From Dehalococcoidia bacterium (GTDB taxonomy: Bacteria > Chloroflexota > Dehalococcoidia > Bin125), in contig OZ241375.1 in NCBI GenBank assembly GCA_965200625.1, positions 2,344,078 through 2,408,077 of the forward strand: a DNA stretch of 64,000 nt, written 5' to 3'. The notes under the pieces are model-generated. The model saw only the letters and a list, made by a program, of their open reading frames with translations, did no database searches and was not told the DNA's origin. The position numbers were made by a program, and so were the translations under genes. The first letter of the stretch is position 1; every line of letters begins with the position of its first letter. Of this stretch, positions 1-11,260 are shown in pieces.

Positions 1-2
1 CG

Positions 3-41
3 CTCCTGATCGCCGTCGACGGCCTGCGCACGGAAATCTGA
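3..41 (+). CDS. 3' end of a gene entering the window (LLIAVDGLRTEI*), product unknown
   Basis: High-GC3 codons ending in TGA at 39-41. Confidence 0.45.
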   Translation, partial: LLIAVDGLRTEI

Positions 42-138
42 CTCCACCCGGTCACTCTCCATAACTCCCCAGCCCTTCTCGCCGCGCCTTGCCCCGTCCG
101 CCGGCGGACGGAACGGGATCGGCAGGTAAGCTACACCT

Positions 139-1005
139 GTGAACCAGCCCGACCGCCAGTCCGACCGCCAGTCCGACCGACAGCCTGAGCGTCCGTCTGC
201 GCGCCAATCCGCTCCGGTGCTGCGCGGCGACGCGCTCAGCGTCCAGATCGGCGACAAGAAGCTGCTTGACGACGTCAGCGTTGGCGTCCACCACGGCGAG
301 CTGCTCGGTGTGCTCGGCCCGAACGGGGCCGGCAAAACGACGCTGCTCAAGGCGCTCTCGGGTGATCTGGAGCTGACCGCCGGCGCGGTCTACATCGACG
401 AGCGGCCGCTCAGCGATTTCGGCGCCCGCGAACTCGCCCGCCGCCGCGCCGTGATGCCGCAAAGCTCGTATCTGCCCTTCCTGTTCACCGCCCGCGAGGT
501 CGTGCGCATGGGCCGCGCGCCCTGGGAAGGCGAGCGCGGCGAACGCGAGCACGGCGCCCGACTCACCGATTACGCCATGGGCCTGACCGATACCCGCGAC
601 TACGCCGTCCGCGCCTATCCCACCCTCTCCGGGGGCGAGCAGTCACGGGTCACCCTGGCCCGCGTCCTCGCCCAGGAGACGCCCATCCTGTTGATCGACG
701 AGCCGACCGCGCACCTCGACCTGCGCCACCAGCACCTCGTCCTCCAGCTCGCCCGCGAACTCGCCTCCGAGGGCGCAGCGGTCGTCGCTGTCCTGCACGA
801 TCTCAATCTCGCCGCCATGTACGTCGATACCGCCGTCATCCTCCAGCGCGGCCAGGTGGTCGCCGCCGGCCCGGTCGAGGAGTCGCTCCACCCCGACCTG
901 CTCGGCTCCGTCTTCGGCCTCGAATTCGTCCTCCAGCCCCATCCGCAACTGGAGCGGCCCCTCTTGGTCTCGCTGTCTGCCACGCTCACGCGCGGGCGGA
1001 GCTGA
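139..1005 (+). CDS. hmuV: Heme/iron-chelate ABC transporter ATP-binding protein (HmuV-like)
   Basis: Walker A GPNGAGKT, LSGGEQ signature, Walker B LLIDEPTAHLD, VLHDLNLAA. Confidence 0.85.
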   Translation: MNQPDRQSDRQSDRQPERPSARQSAPVLRGDALSVQIGDKKLLDDVSVGVHHGELLGVLGPNGAGKTTLLKALSGDLELTAGAVYIDERPLSDFGARELARRRAVMPQSSYLPFLFTAREVVRMGRAPWEGERGEREHGARLTDYAMGLTDTRDYAVRAYPTLSGGEQSRVTLARVLAQETPILLIDEPTAHLDLRHQHLVLQLARELASEGAAVVAVLHDLNLAAMYVDTAVILQRGQVVAAGPVEESLHPDLLGSVFGLEFVLQPHPQLERPLLVSLSATLTRGRS

Positions 1006-1100
1006 GGCCCGCCGTGACCCACCCCGGCGAAGCTGCGTCGCAGGCGACAGAAGCGGCACCGGCGCCGCTCGACAGGCCGGCATTCCCGTGACTTTCCGCT

Positions 1101-1140
1101 GACTTGTGTATATTTGTGATGAGTTAGCGATAAACTCAGG
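1101..1140 (+). promoter_or_regulatory. AT-rich promoter region of the suf operon with inverted repeat TGAGTT-N7-AACTCA, candidate operator
   Basis: AT-rich patch; arms at 1120-1125 and 1133-1138. Confidence 0.45.
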
Positions 1141-1204
1141 AGTACCAATCCCCAGACAGAGCGCCATGAGCGGTGTCGTTGCTGAGCGGGAGCGGGAGGT
1201 GCAT

Positions 1205-1852
1205 ATGCGGCCGAGAGAAACTCGCACGAGGCTACTCGAACGCGTCGTCGCCCTGGGCGGCGCGACCGTCGCCAAACTTTCGCAAGACCTCGACATCTCC
1301 GACGCCACCGTCCGCCGTCACCTCGACCGCCTGGAGGCCGAGGGCATGCTCCGTGTCGAAGCGCTGCGGCGCGGGCCTGGACGCCCCTCCTACCTCTACC
1401 GCGCCACCGACGCCGGCGTTCGCGCCGTGCGCGACCAGACGCCCGTACTGGTCGAACGGCTGCTCTCCGAGATGGCCCGCCTCCATGTCGAGCAGGCCGC
1501 CCTTTCCAACGCGCTGGCCGACCAGGTCGCCGAAGCGCACCGCGCCGAAGTCCCCGACGGCTCGCTCGAACAGCGCGTCAGCGCCGTCGTTGACGCCCTC
1601 CGCCCGGAAGGCATCCTCGACCACTGGCAGCGCAGCGAGAACGAACTCAAACTGGTCAACAACGCGTGCCCCTATCTGGGCGCGGCGACCACCAACTCCT
1701 GCGTCTGCGATGCGGACCGCCTGGCGATTGAAAAGCTGCTCGGCGTCGAAGTTGAGCAGACGCTGCGCCTGGCCGAGGGCGATGACGGCTGCGTCTACAT
1801 CGTCCCCCTGTTCCCTGTCTCGCTCGACGCAGAATTCAAGCAGGCCGTTTAG
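1205..1852 (+). CDS. sufR: SufR-like HTH transcriptional regulator
   Basis: N-terminal HTH (ISDATVRRHLDRLEAEG, GRPSYLY), C-terminal CPY...C...C; GGAGGT RBS before ATG 1205; heads suf operon. Confidence 0.8.
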   Translation: MRPRETRTRLLERVVALGGATVAKLSQDLDISDATVRRHLDRLEAEGMLRVEALRRGPGRPSYLYRATDAGVRAVRDQTPVLVERLLSEMARLHVEQAALSNALADQVAEAHRAEVPDGSLEQRVSAVVDALRPEGILDHWQRSENELKLVNNACPYLGAATTNSCVCDADRLAIEKLLGVEVEQTLRLAEGDDGCVYIVPLFPVSLDAEFKQAV

Positions 1853-1898
1853 TGCCCGCCTCCGCCGCCGAATCCAGCCCACAGAAGGAAGCCGGTGA

Positions 1899-2665
1899 AT
1901 GATGCCGACGCCGATCTTCGAGATCGACGACCTCCAGGTCGCAGTGGAAACCAAACAGATCGTGAACGGTCTGTCCCTCACCCTGCGGCCCGGCGAGGTG
2001 CACGCCATCATGGGCCCCAACGGCTCCGGCAAAAGCACGCTCGCCAACTCCCTGATGGGGCACCCGCGCTACACCGTCAACGGCGGCGATGTCCGCCTCG
2101 ACGGCCAGAGCATCATCGAGCTCGCGCCCGATGAACGCGCCCGCGCCGGGCTCTTCCTCGCCTTCCAGTACCCCACCGACATCCCCGGCGTCTCGATGAT
2201 CAACTTCCTCCGCCGCGCGATGAGCGCCCGCCGCGGCGCGGAAATCCCCGTCCGCGAGTTCCGCCAGGTGCTCAACGACGTCCTCGGCCGCCTGCAGATG
2301 GACGAACAGTTCGTCCGCCGCTACGTCAACGACGGCTTCTCCGGCGGCGAGAAGAAGCGCGCCGAAATCCTCCAGCTCGGCCTCCTCCAGCCGCTCGTCG
2401 CGGTGATGGACGAGACCGACTCCGGCCTCGACATTGACGCCCTGCGGATCGTCAGCGAGGGCATCAACACCTTCCATTCCGAGGCCAACGCGATTCTCCT
2501 GATCACCCACTACCAGCGCATCCTGCGCTACGTCCAACCCGACCACGTCCATGTCCTGATCGACGGCCGCATCGTCGAATCCGGAGACGCCAGCCTGGCC
2601 GAACGGCTCGAACGCGACGGCTACGAACCATTCATGGCCCGCAGCACAGAAGGGGTCTTGAGCTC

Positions 2666-2669
<4 letters not shown>
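1899..2669 (+). CDS. sufC: Fe-S cluster assembly ATPase SufC
   Basis: [40 protein letters not shown]. Confidence 0.97.
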
Positions 2670-4075
<1,406 letters not shown>

Positions 4076-4081
<6 letters not shown>

Positions 4082-4105
4082 TCGCGGCTAGTCGCGGCTA
4101 GGCGC
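4076..4105 (+). repeat. Three imperfect 10-bp tandem units over the sufB stop codon
   Basis: ggctaatcgc ggctagtcgc ggctaggcgc. Confidence 0.7.
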
Positions 4106-4152
4106 GCCGCACAGCGCAACCGCGCTGCGCAGTGGCGAGGGAAGGGTGGAGG

Positions 4153-5532
4153 ATGACCCAGGCAACGCTGGACGCGCCGATCGAGTCGGACGTCAAGCCG
4201 GACGACTTGCGCGCGCAGGTCTCGCAGCTGAGCCGCGCCAAAGACGAGCCCGACTGGCTGCTCGCCTTTCGCCTCGCCAGCCTCGAGCAGGCGTTGGGCA
4301 TGGACTGGTGGACCGGCCAGGAAGAGTCCTGGCGCCGCACGCCGCGCGCGCGGCTGCCGCGCCGCGCCCGCGTCGGCACGATCGCCGACGACAGCGCCCC
4401 GATCGAATCCTCGAGCGATACTCCGATCGGCGCGCCCCCGCACGTCTTCGCGCCCCACGCCCACTCTGGCTTGCTGCACCAGTTCGACGGCCGCGTCGTC
4501 GCCGCCGATCTCGCTGAACACGCGGCCGAGGCCGGCGTGATCATCAAGCCGCTCGCCCGCGCCGCCCGCGAGGACGCCGCCCTCGTCAAGCAGTGGTTGG
4601 GCGCGGTCGGCCCGCCGCTCGATCGCTACGACGCCTTCGGCCGCGCCCTCTGGACGCAGGGCGTGTTCGTCTACGCGCGGCGCGGCGCTGTCCTTGAGGA
4701 GTCGCTCTTCTACCTCGTCATCCAGGACGTCGCGCAGGGCGACCACTGGCACTACACCCTGGTCGCCGCCGAACGCGAATCGCAGGTCGCGCTGATCGAT
4801 GCCGGCGACGCCAACGATCGCAGCGCCGCGCTCGCAGAAGCGCCGCTGATCCACGCCTCCGTCGAACTGATCGCCGAGGCCGGCGCCAATATTCAGTTCG
4901 CCTCCGTCCAGCGCTGGCACCGCCAGACCGCCGCCATCTCCACCACCCGCGGCCGCGTCGGCCGCGACGCCTCGATCCGCGTCACCACCGCCGCCTTCGG
5001 CGCTGACCTGGACAAGCAGCGCATCGACCTCGACCTCTCCCAGAACGGCGGCTTCGCCGAGATCCGCGGCCTCTTCGTCGGCGACGGCCGGCAGCACATT
5101 GAGCACGTCACCCGCCAGCACCACAAAGGCGTCGGCGCGACCAGCGATCTGCTCATCCGCGGCGTCCTGACCGACGAATCGCAAGCCGTCCAGTACGGCC
5201 TCATCCGCATCGAGCCCGAAGGCCAGCAGACCAGCGCCCACCAGACGATGCGCAACCTCCTGCTTGACGACGGCGCTGGCGCGGACCCGATCCCGATGCT
5301 CGAAATCGAAGCCGACGACGTCAAGTGCTCCCACGCCGCCGCCGTCGGCCCCGTCGATCCTGACCAGCTCTTCTACCTCCAGGCGCGCGGCATCCCGCCC
5401 GCCGTCGCCGAGCGCCTGGTCGTGCGCGGCTTCCTCGCCGAAATCGCCGACGGCGTCCCCGACGCGCACATGCGCGAAGTGATCGACGACCTCGTAGAAA
5501 TCCAGCTCGAGCCGAAGGAGCCCGCCGGATGA
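4153..5532 (+). CDS. sufD: Fe-S cluster assembly protein SufD
   Basis: PMLEIEADDVKCSHAA, QLFYLQARGI; follows sufB; GGAGG before ATG 4153. Confidence 0.93.
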   Translation: MTQATLDAPIESDVKPDDLRAQVSQLSRAKDEPDWLLAFRLASLEQALGMDWWTGQEESWRRTPRARLPRRARVGTIADDSAPIESSSDTPIGAPPHVFAPHAHSGLLHQFDGRVVAADLAEHAAEAGVIIKPLARAAREDAALVKQWLGAVGPPLDRYDAFGRALWTQGVFVYARRGAVLEESLFYLVIQDVAQGDHWHYTLVAAERESQVALIDAGDANDRSAALAEAPLIHASVELIAEAGANIQFASVQRWHRQTAAISTTRGRVGRDASIRVTTAAFGADLDKQRIDLDLSQNGGFAEIRGLFVGDGRQHIEHVTRQHHKGVGATSDLLIRGVLTDESQAVQYGLIRIEPEGQQTSAHQTMRNLLLDDGAGADPIPMLEIEADDVKCSHAAAVGPVDPDQLFYLQARGIPPAVAERLVVRGFLAEIADGVPDAHMREVIDDLVEIQLEPKEPAG

Positions 5533-5840
5533 GCCTCGAACCGGTCGCCCGCCTGGACGAGATCGCCCCCGGCACCGCGCGCGTCGTCGAACTCGGCGGC
5601 CAGAGCATCGCCCTCTGCCGACTCGAGGACGGCGCGCTCCACGCCATCGAAAACCGCTGCACCCACGACGACGGCCCGCTCGGTGAGGGCGAGCTCGACG
5701 GCGACCGCATCGAGTGCCCGCGCCACGGCGCGCTCTTCGATGTCACCACCGGCCGCGCCGTCACCCTGCCCGCGATCGGCAAGGTGCGCTGCTTCACCGT
5801 CCAGGTCGCCGACGGCAGCGTCCAGATCGAGCTGGACTGA
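5529..5840 (+). CDS. Rieske-type [2Fe-2S] ferredoxin
   Basis: CTH...CPRHGALFD Rieske motifs within suf operon. Confidence 0.93.
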   Translation: MSLEPVARLDEIAPGTARVVELGGQSIALCRLEDGALHAIENRCTHDDGPLGEGELDGDRIECPRHGALFDVTTGRAVTLPAIGKVRCFTVQVADGSVQIELD

Positions 5841-5859
5841 CTGATTAGCTGGAACTGAA

Positions 5860-7113
5860 TTGACCGACATGACGACCGCGACGCCGCTCGACACCGCCGC
5901 GCTCCGCGCCCAGTTCCCGATCCTCGGGCGCGAGGTGCACGGGCGTCCGCTGGTCTACCTCGACAACGCCGCCACGACGCAGAAGCCGCAGTCGGTCATT
6001 GACGCGCTCAGCCATTACTACGCGACGATGAACGCCAACATCCACCGCGGCCTGCACACGCTGGCCGAGGAAGCGACCGCCGCCTACGAGGGCGTGCGCC
6101 AGCAGGTCGCCGACTTCATCGGCGCGGCGAGCCACCGCGAAGTTGTCTTCACGCGCAACACCACCGAATCGCTCAACCTGCTCGCCTACACCCTCGGCGC
6201 GCGTCTCCAACCGGGCGACGAGATCGTCCTCAGCGCCGCCGAGCACCACTCCAATCTCGTCCCCTGGCAGCTCGCCGCCCAACGCAGCGGCGCGCAGCTG
6301 CGCTTCATCGAGCTCAACGCCGATCAACAGATCGACGTCGATACCGCCCGCGCCGCGATCACTGCCAATACGCGGATCGTCTCCATCGTCCATATGTCCA
6401 ACGTGCTCGGCAGCATCGCGCCGGTCGCGGAGATCGCGGAAATGGCCCGCGCCGTCGGCGCAACCATGATCGTTGACGCCGCCCAGAGCGCCCCGCACAT
6501 TCCCGTTGACGCCAACGCGCTGGGCGTTGATTACCTCGCCTTCTCCGCCCACAAGATGCTCGGCCCGACCGGCGTCGGCGTGCTCTGGGGCCGCCGCGAG
6601 TTGCTCGCCGACCTCGACCCCTTCCTCGGCGGCGGCGAGATGATCAGCGTCGTCACCCGCGAGGAATCCTCCTGGGCCGCGCTCCCGCACAAGTTCGAGG
6701 CCGGCACGCCCAACATCGCCGATGTGATCGCCTTCGGCGCTGCGCTCGACTTCCTCAACGCCGTCGGCATGGACGCCGTCGCCGCGCACGACGCCGACCT
6801 CACCCACTACGCCGTGGAGCGCCTCTCCCGCCTCGAAGGCCTCGACATCTACGGCCCGGCCGATCCCGCCGAGCGCTCCGCCGTCGTCGCGTTCAACTAC
6901 CGCGACATCCACTCGCACGACGTGGCCACGATCCTCGACCGCGCCGGCATCGCCGTCCGCGCCGGCCACCACTGCGCCCAACCGCTGATGCGCACGCTCG
7001 GCGTCCCCGCCACGGCGCGCGCCTCCTTCTATCTCTACAACGAGCGCGCCGAGGTTGACGCCCTCGTCGACGGCCTGCTCGAAGCCGGCGAACGCTTCGG
7101 CTTCGCGCGCTAA
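5860..7113 (+). CDS. sufS: Cysteine desulfurase SufS
   Basis: YLDNAATTQKP, EHHSN, SAHKMLGPTG, RAGHHCAQPL. Confidence 0.96.
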   Translation: MTDMTTATPLDTAALRAQFPILGREVHGRPLVYLDNAATTQKPQSVIDALSHYYATMNANIHRGLHTLAEEATAAYEGVRQQVADFIGAASHREVVFTRNTTESLNLLAYTLGARLQPGDEIVLSAAEHHSNLVPWQLAAQRSGAQLRFIELNADQQIDVDTARAAITANTRIVSIVHMSNVLGSIAPVAEIAEMARAVGATMIVDAAQSAPHIPVDANALGVDYLAFSAHKMLGPTGVGVLWGRRELLADLDPFLGGGEMISVVTREESSWAALPHKFEAGTPNIADVIAFGAALDFLNAVGMDAVAAHDADLTHYAVERLSRLEGLDIYGPADPAERSAVVAFNYRDIHSHDVATILDRAGIAVRAGHHCAQPLMRTLGVPATARASFYLYNERAEVDALVDGLLEAGERFGFAR

Positions 7114-7154
7114 CCCCAGCAGAATCGCAGCAGAGCTACGGCGGAGTCACAGCA

Positions 7155-7664
7155 ATGGCGAGCAACCGCGATGCGCACAACCCCGTCGACCTGGACGACC
7201 TCTACCGCGACGTGATCCTCGATCACTACCGCCGCCCCCGCAACCGCGGCCCGCGCGCGGACGCGACCGTCTCGGCGGAAGGCTTCAATCCCTCCTGCGG
7301 CGACGAAATCCAGCTCTCCGTGGCGATTGCTGAGCACACCGTGAGCGGCCTCGGTTTCGGTGGCAGCGGCTGCTCGATCTCGCAGAGCTCCGCCTCGATG
7401 ATGACCGAAGCCCTGACCGGCCGCAGCCTCGAGGCCGCCCGCGAGCTGTCGCGCCACGTCCAGCAGATGCTCACCGACGATCGCTTCGACCTTGACGCCG
7501 TCGACCTCGGCGACCTCGAAGCGCTCTCCGGCGTGGCCAAATTCCCCGTGCGGATCAAGTGCGGCCTGCTCGCCTGGAAAGTGCTTGACCAGGCGCTCGC
7601 CAACGCGACCGGCGGCACGCTCACCGACGACAGCGACATCCCCACCCGCGTCACCAGCAGTTAG
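7155..7664 (+). CDS. sufU: SUF system NifU-family protein SufU
   Basis: NPSCGDEI, GCSISQSSAS, RIKCGLLAW. Confidence 0.94.
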   Translation: MASNRDAHNPVDLDDLYRDVILDHYRRPRNRGPRADATVSAEGFNPSCGDEIQLSVAIAEHTVSGLGFGGSGCSISQSSASMMTEALTGRSLEAARELSRHVQQMLTDDRFDLDAVDLGDLEALSGVAKFPVRIKCGLLAWKVLDQALANATGGTLTDDSDIPTRVTSS

Positions 7665-7674
7665 GAAGCCCGCC

Positions 7675-7980
7675 ATGGCCTCGGAGCAGCAAGTCCTCGA
7701 AGCGCTGAAGACCGTCTTCGACCCCGAAATCGGCATCAACATCGTCGACCTCGGCCTCGTCTACGGAGTCGAGACGCCGACAGACGACAGCGTCAAGGTC
7801 TCCTTCACCCTCACCTCCCCGGCCTGTCCCGTCGGCCCGATGATCAAGGCCCAGGTCGAACAGGCCGCCTCCACCATCGAGGGCGTCGATCACGTCGAGT
7901 CGGAGATCGTCTTCTCTCCCCCGTGGGATCCCCGAGAAATGTGCTCCGACGAAGCCAAATTCGAACTCGGCATCTTCTAG
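7675..7980 (+). CDS. sufT: Fe-S assembly protein SufT/DUF59 family
   Basis: VFDPEIGINIVDLGLVY, TLTSPACPVG, FSPPW; likely start ATG 7675. Confidence 0.92.
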   Translation: MASEQQVLEALKTVFDPEIGINIVDLGLVYGVETPTDDSVKVSFTLTSPACPVGPMIKAQVEQAASTIEGVDHVESEIVFSPPWDPREMCSDEAKFELGIF

Positions 7981-9383
7981 CTGCGCGTCCCCGACTTGAT
8001 CGGGGACCTGCTCGGCTCGCCACCGTTGCCGTTTGGCGGCGCCGCCCGCGCCCCGTTCGCGAACTGATGCTGCGGCTCCATCCGGGCGACCCACCGCGTC
8101 GCCGCCGGGCGCAACACGCGTAATGCCTGCCGCGCCTGCCAGGGCTTGCTCAGGAAGTGCGCCGTGCCGAAGAAGAACATCGACAACAGCAGACAGCCCA
8201 CGTTGACGATGAATAGCAGGTTGTACGTGCCGGTCAGCTCGTAGATCGCCCCGCCCACGGTCGGGACCAGGAACTGGCCAATCGTCTCGATCATGAACAG
8301 CGTGCCCATGATCGCGCCGAAGTGCGCCAGCCCGAAGGTCTTGGGCAGGATCAGCGGCTCCAGCACCGGGCCGCCGGCGGAACCGACCAGCCAGCAGCAG
8401 AGGAAGAGCACGATCGCCAGGGTGAGATTGGCGTCGTGCAGCAAGAGCAGGATCAGCATTCCCAGTGACATGATCGCCGCCAGACCCACCGAGGCCAGCT
8501 CGATCGAGGGAATCCGCTCCGCCAGCAGGCCGAATGTGGGGCGCGAGATCAGTCCACCGACGGCCTGCAGCGTGAGGAGCAGCGAGATCGTCTCGCGGCT
8601 GATGCCCATCGACTCGTAGACCGGCGTGCCGTTAAACATCCAGCCGAACATGGCGAAGAAAAAGGTGGCGAAGGCCAGCGCAATCACCCAGAAGTTGGGC
8701 GTGCGGATTGCCTCGCGCACGGTCAGCCCGCCGAACTGCTGCGCCTGAGGCGGACTGCTTCCGGCTGGCGTGCGTTCGCCATCGACCTGCAACCCCTTCT
8801 CGCTCGGATGGTTGCGCACGATGAACAGCCCGAGCGGCAGAAACACCACCGCCAGGATCCCAGCGGCGAACAGGAACGACGCATCCCAGCCGATGTTGTC
8901 GATGATCCGCTGCATCGGCGCGGCCAGGAAGCCGCCCAATGAGAAGCCCATCGCCATGATCCCCACGGCGCGCCCGCGCTTACGGTCGAACCAGCGCGAG
9001 ATTAGCACCTGGAACGGGATGTAGAACATGAACCCGCGGAAGAACGAGTTGATCGCGAAGTACAGGTACCACTCAAGCATTGACGACGTCGTCGCCAGCA
9101 AGACGTAGGAGCCGCAGGTGAAGACGGTGCCCCAGATGATCGAGCGGCGCGGCCCCCAGCGGTCCACCACCTTCCCGGCCAGCGGCGAGGCGAGACCGCT
9201 GACGAGCAGCGAGACCGAAATCCCGGTCTGCAGCAGCGTCCGAGACCAGCCGAACTCCTCCTCCAGCGGGGTGACGTAGTAGCCCAGCACCCAGAACGAC
9301 ACGCCGGAGGCGATCGCCATGCCGATCACGGCGCTGACGAGCAGATACCAGCCGTAGTAGGCGTTGCGCAGTTTGGCGATCAC
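7977..9383 (-). CDS. MFS transporter
   Basis: About 12 hydrophobic segments; GKVVDRWGPRR motif A; WFDRKRGRA. Confidence 0.9.
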   Translation of the reverse strand: MIAKLRNAYYGWYLLVSAVIGMAIASGVSFWVLGYYVTPLEEEFGWSRTLLQTGISVSLLVSGLASPLAGKVVDRWGPRRSIIWGTVFTCGSYVLLATTSSMLEWYLYFAINSFFRGFMFYIPFQVLISRWFDRKRGRAVGIMAMGFSLGGFLAAPMQRIIDNIGWDASFLFAAGILAVVFLPLGLFIVRNHPSEKGLQVDGERTPAGSSPPQAQQFGGLTVREAIRTPNFWVIALAFATFFFAMFGWMFNGTPVYESMGISRETISLLLTLQAVGGLISRPTFGLLAERIPSIELASVGLAAIMSLGMLILLLLHDANLTLAIVLFLCCWLVGSAGGPVLEPLILPKTFGLAHFGAIMGTLFMIETIGQFLVPTVGGAIYELTGTYNLLFIVNVGCLLLSMFFFGTAHFLSKPWQARQALRVLRPAATRWVARMEPQHQFANGARAAPPNGNGGEPSRSPIKSGTRS

Positions 9384-9473
9384 GGAGGACTCAAGCCCAT
9401 CGGCGCGGCTCTCGACGCCCGTCCGATGGGCGAATACCCGTAGCCTACGACAGACCTCTCCGCGGGAGAGCGC

Positions 9474-10187
9474 TTAGCCTCCCGGCAGCGCGATTGCCGC
9501 TGCGGCCTCGATTGTCTGACCCTCGACCGCGACCACGGCCGTGATGGCATTCGACGAGCGCAGCTGAATCCACGGATGCCGGCGCGAGCCGCCCGCGTAG
9601 CTCAGGCTGCTCGTCCGCGAGAGCCAGGCCTGGCGCACCTCATGCTCGCAGGGAATCTCCGAGGCCGCGCCGCTGCCGTTTTGCGGCTGCACCACCAACA
9701 GCGGGTCGTAGCGGACAATCGCCACCGTCGCCGCTTCGGTCGTGGGCGAGCTGAGCGTTACCGTCAGGCCGTCGCCCGCGTCAATGCGCGACTCAATCGC
9801 CGCGTCGCGGCGCTCGATGTCAATCTCACCGACGCTGGGCAGATACTTCCAGTGCGCCGCGATCGCACCGCGCGCCGCTTCCGAGCTCACCACCGCCGAG
9901 ACCACATAGAGCGCCGGAATCAACCCGACGCGGCAGCCGACCATCAGCAGCGCCTCGCGGTACGGCCCCACCGGGCTGTCGGCGCGGTCGATCACGCTGA
10001 CCCGCCCGTAGGTCGGGGCGGAGCGGGTCACGACGTCGGGCAGATTACGCCGTGCGTTGGGCACCGGAACCTCAAAGGTGATGTGCTGGACGAGCGCTTC
10101 GCCGATCGTCCAGGGCGGCGCGGCGGCGTCGCTCTCGGCGCTCACGGCGGGCAGGCTCGCGCTGTCGATCAAACCGGCTTCTGGCAT
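9474..10187 (-). CDS. Acetoacetate decarboxylase-like family protein
   Basis: DSPVGPYREALLMV motif; GGAAGG RBS before ATG 10187. Confidence 0.65.
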   Translation of the reverse strand: MPEAGLIDSASLPAVSAESDAAAPPWTIGEALVQHITFEVPVPNARRNLPDVVTRSAPTYGRVSVIDRADSPVGPYREALLMVGCRVGLIPALYVVSAVVSSEAARGAIAAHWKYLPSVGEIDIERRDAAIESRIDAGDGLTVTLSSPTTEAATVAIVRYDPLLVVQPQNGSGAASEIPCEHEVRQAWLSRTSSLSYAGGSRRHPWIQLRSSNAITAVVAVEGQTIEAAAAIALPGG

Positions 10188-10244
10188 GATGCTTCCTTCC
10201 CGCCGAGCCCGATGCGCCCGGCCGCTCCGCAATCGTGAATCGTC

Positions 10245-11105
10245 CTACATCGTCGGCGCCTGACAGAACCCCAAGCCCCACGCGCCGGCGCCCAGCAGGC
10301 CGCCGACCGTCGGCCCGAGCTCGGTCACGTGCAGCTCATCCACCGTCAACCGCGCCGCCGCCTTCTCCTGCAGCCGCGCCGCCGACTCCGGCGCGAGCGC
10401 GTGGGTGACCACCAGAATCGCCGGCTGCCCGTCAAGGATCTCCGCCGCGCGGTCGAGCAGCAGCGTTTCCGCTTCCTCCGCATCATCGGCCAGCGCGACC
10501 GCCTTAATCCGATCCCGCGCGCGGAAGACGGGCACGCCGAAGTCCAGCGACCCGATCCCGCTCTGCGACTGCACCGCGGCCAGCTCGCCGGCGCGGTCGA
10601 GGCCGTCCACGTCGGGCGCGAGCATGAAGATGTCGGAGCTGCCCGACACCTCGTCCAGCGCCGCTTCGACCGCGGCGCGATCGGCGCCGCGCTGCGCGAC
10701 CCGCGCCACGGCCAGCGCGATCGCCGCCTGCGCCGCCGTGGAGCGCGGCGTCGAGTGGATCCGCACCGTGATGTCATGCAGGAACTCCAGCCGCCGTGAG
10801 GCGTACTCCGCCGCGTCAAACGACGGACTGGACGAACCGAACGCCTGACAGAGACAGATCACGCCCTCATCATGCCCCTCTGCGACCGCCTCAAAGAGCG
10901 CTTCCCACGTCTCCGGCGTGACGCCGTTCAGGGTCAGCCGCGCGCCGTCCGCGAGCGCGGCGTGGAACTCGGCGTGGCTTTGCTCCCCCTGGCTGTAGTA
11001 CGCCGCGCCCAGGCTGTAGCCCACCGGCGCGCTCCGCAGACCGCGTTCCGCCAGCAGCGCCGCCGGCAGATCGACCGAAGAATCACAGACAACGGCGACC
11101 GACAT
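10245..11105 (-). CDS. DegV family fatty-acid-binding protein
   Basis: VAVVCDSSVDLP N-terminus; ELGPTVGGLLGAGAWGL C-terminus. Confidence 0.85.
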   Translation of the reverse strand: MSVAVVCDSSVDLPAALLAERGLRSAPVGYSLGAAYYSQGEQSHAEFHAALADGARLTLNGVTPETWEALFEAVAEGHDEGVICLCQAFGSSSPSFDAAEYASRRLEFLHDITVRIHSTPRSTAAQAAIALAVARVAQRGADRAAVEAALDEVSGSSDIFMLAPDVDGLDRAGELAAVQSQSGIGSLDFGVPVFRARDRIKAVALADDAEEAETLLLDRAAEILDGQPAILVVTHALAPESAARLQEKAAARLTVDELHVTELGPTVGGLLGAGAWGLGFCQAPTM

Positions 11106-11260
11106 AGCCTTGTTCGCCTCTCCGATGGGGCGGCGCTCAGCGGCGTCCGCGCGCGATCAGGCGCTCAGAATGCTAGCATATTTGGCGTGAGCTATCTCAA
11201 GAGCGGGATAGCGTCAAGACTGCGGAACCCCGAATTCCGCTGGAGCGCAGCGAGTCCCCC

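Noticed and set aside
11191-11212. GCTATC-N10-GATAGC inverted repeat in the DegV/LLM divergent gap
   Set aside because: Single 6-bp-arm repeat with no second copy or adjacent regulator; insufficient support
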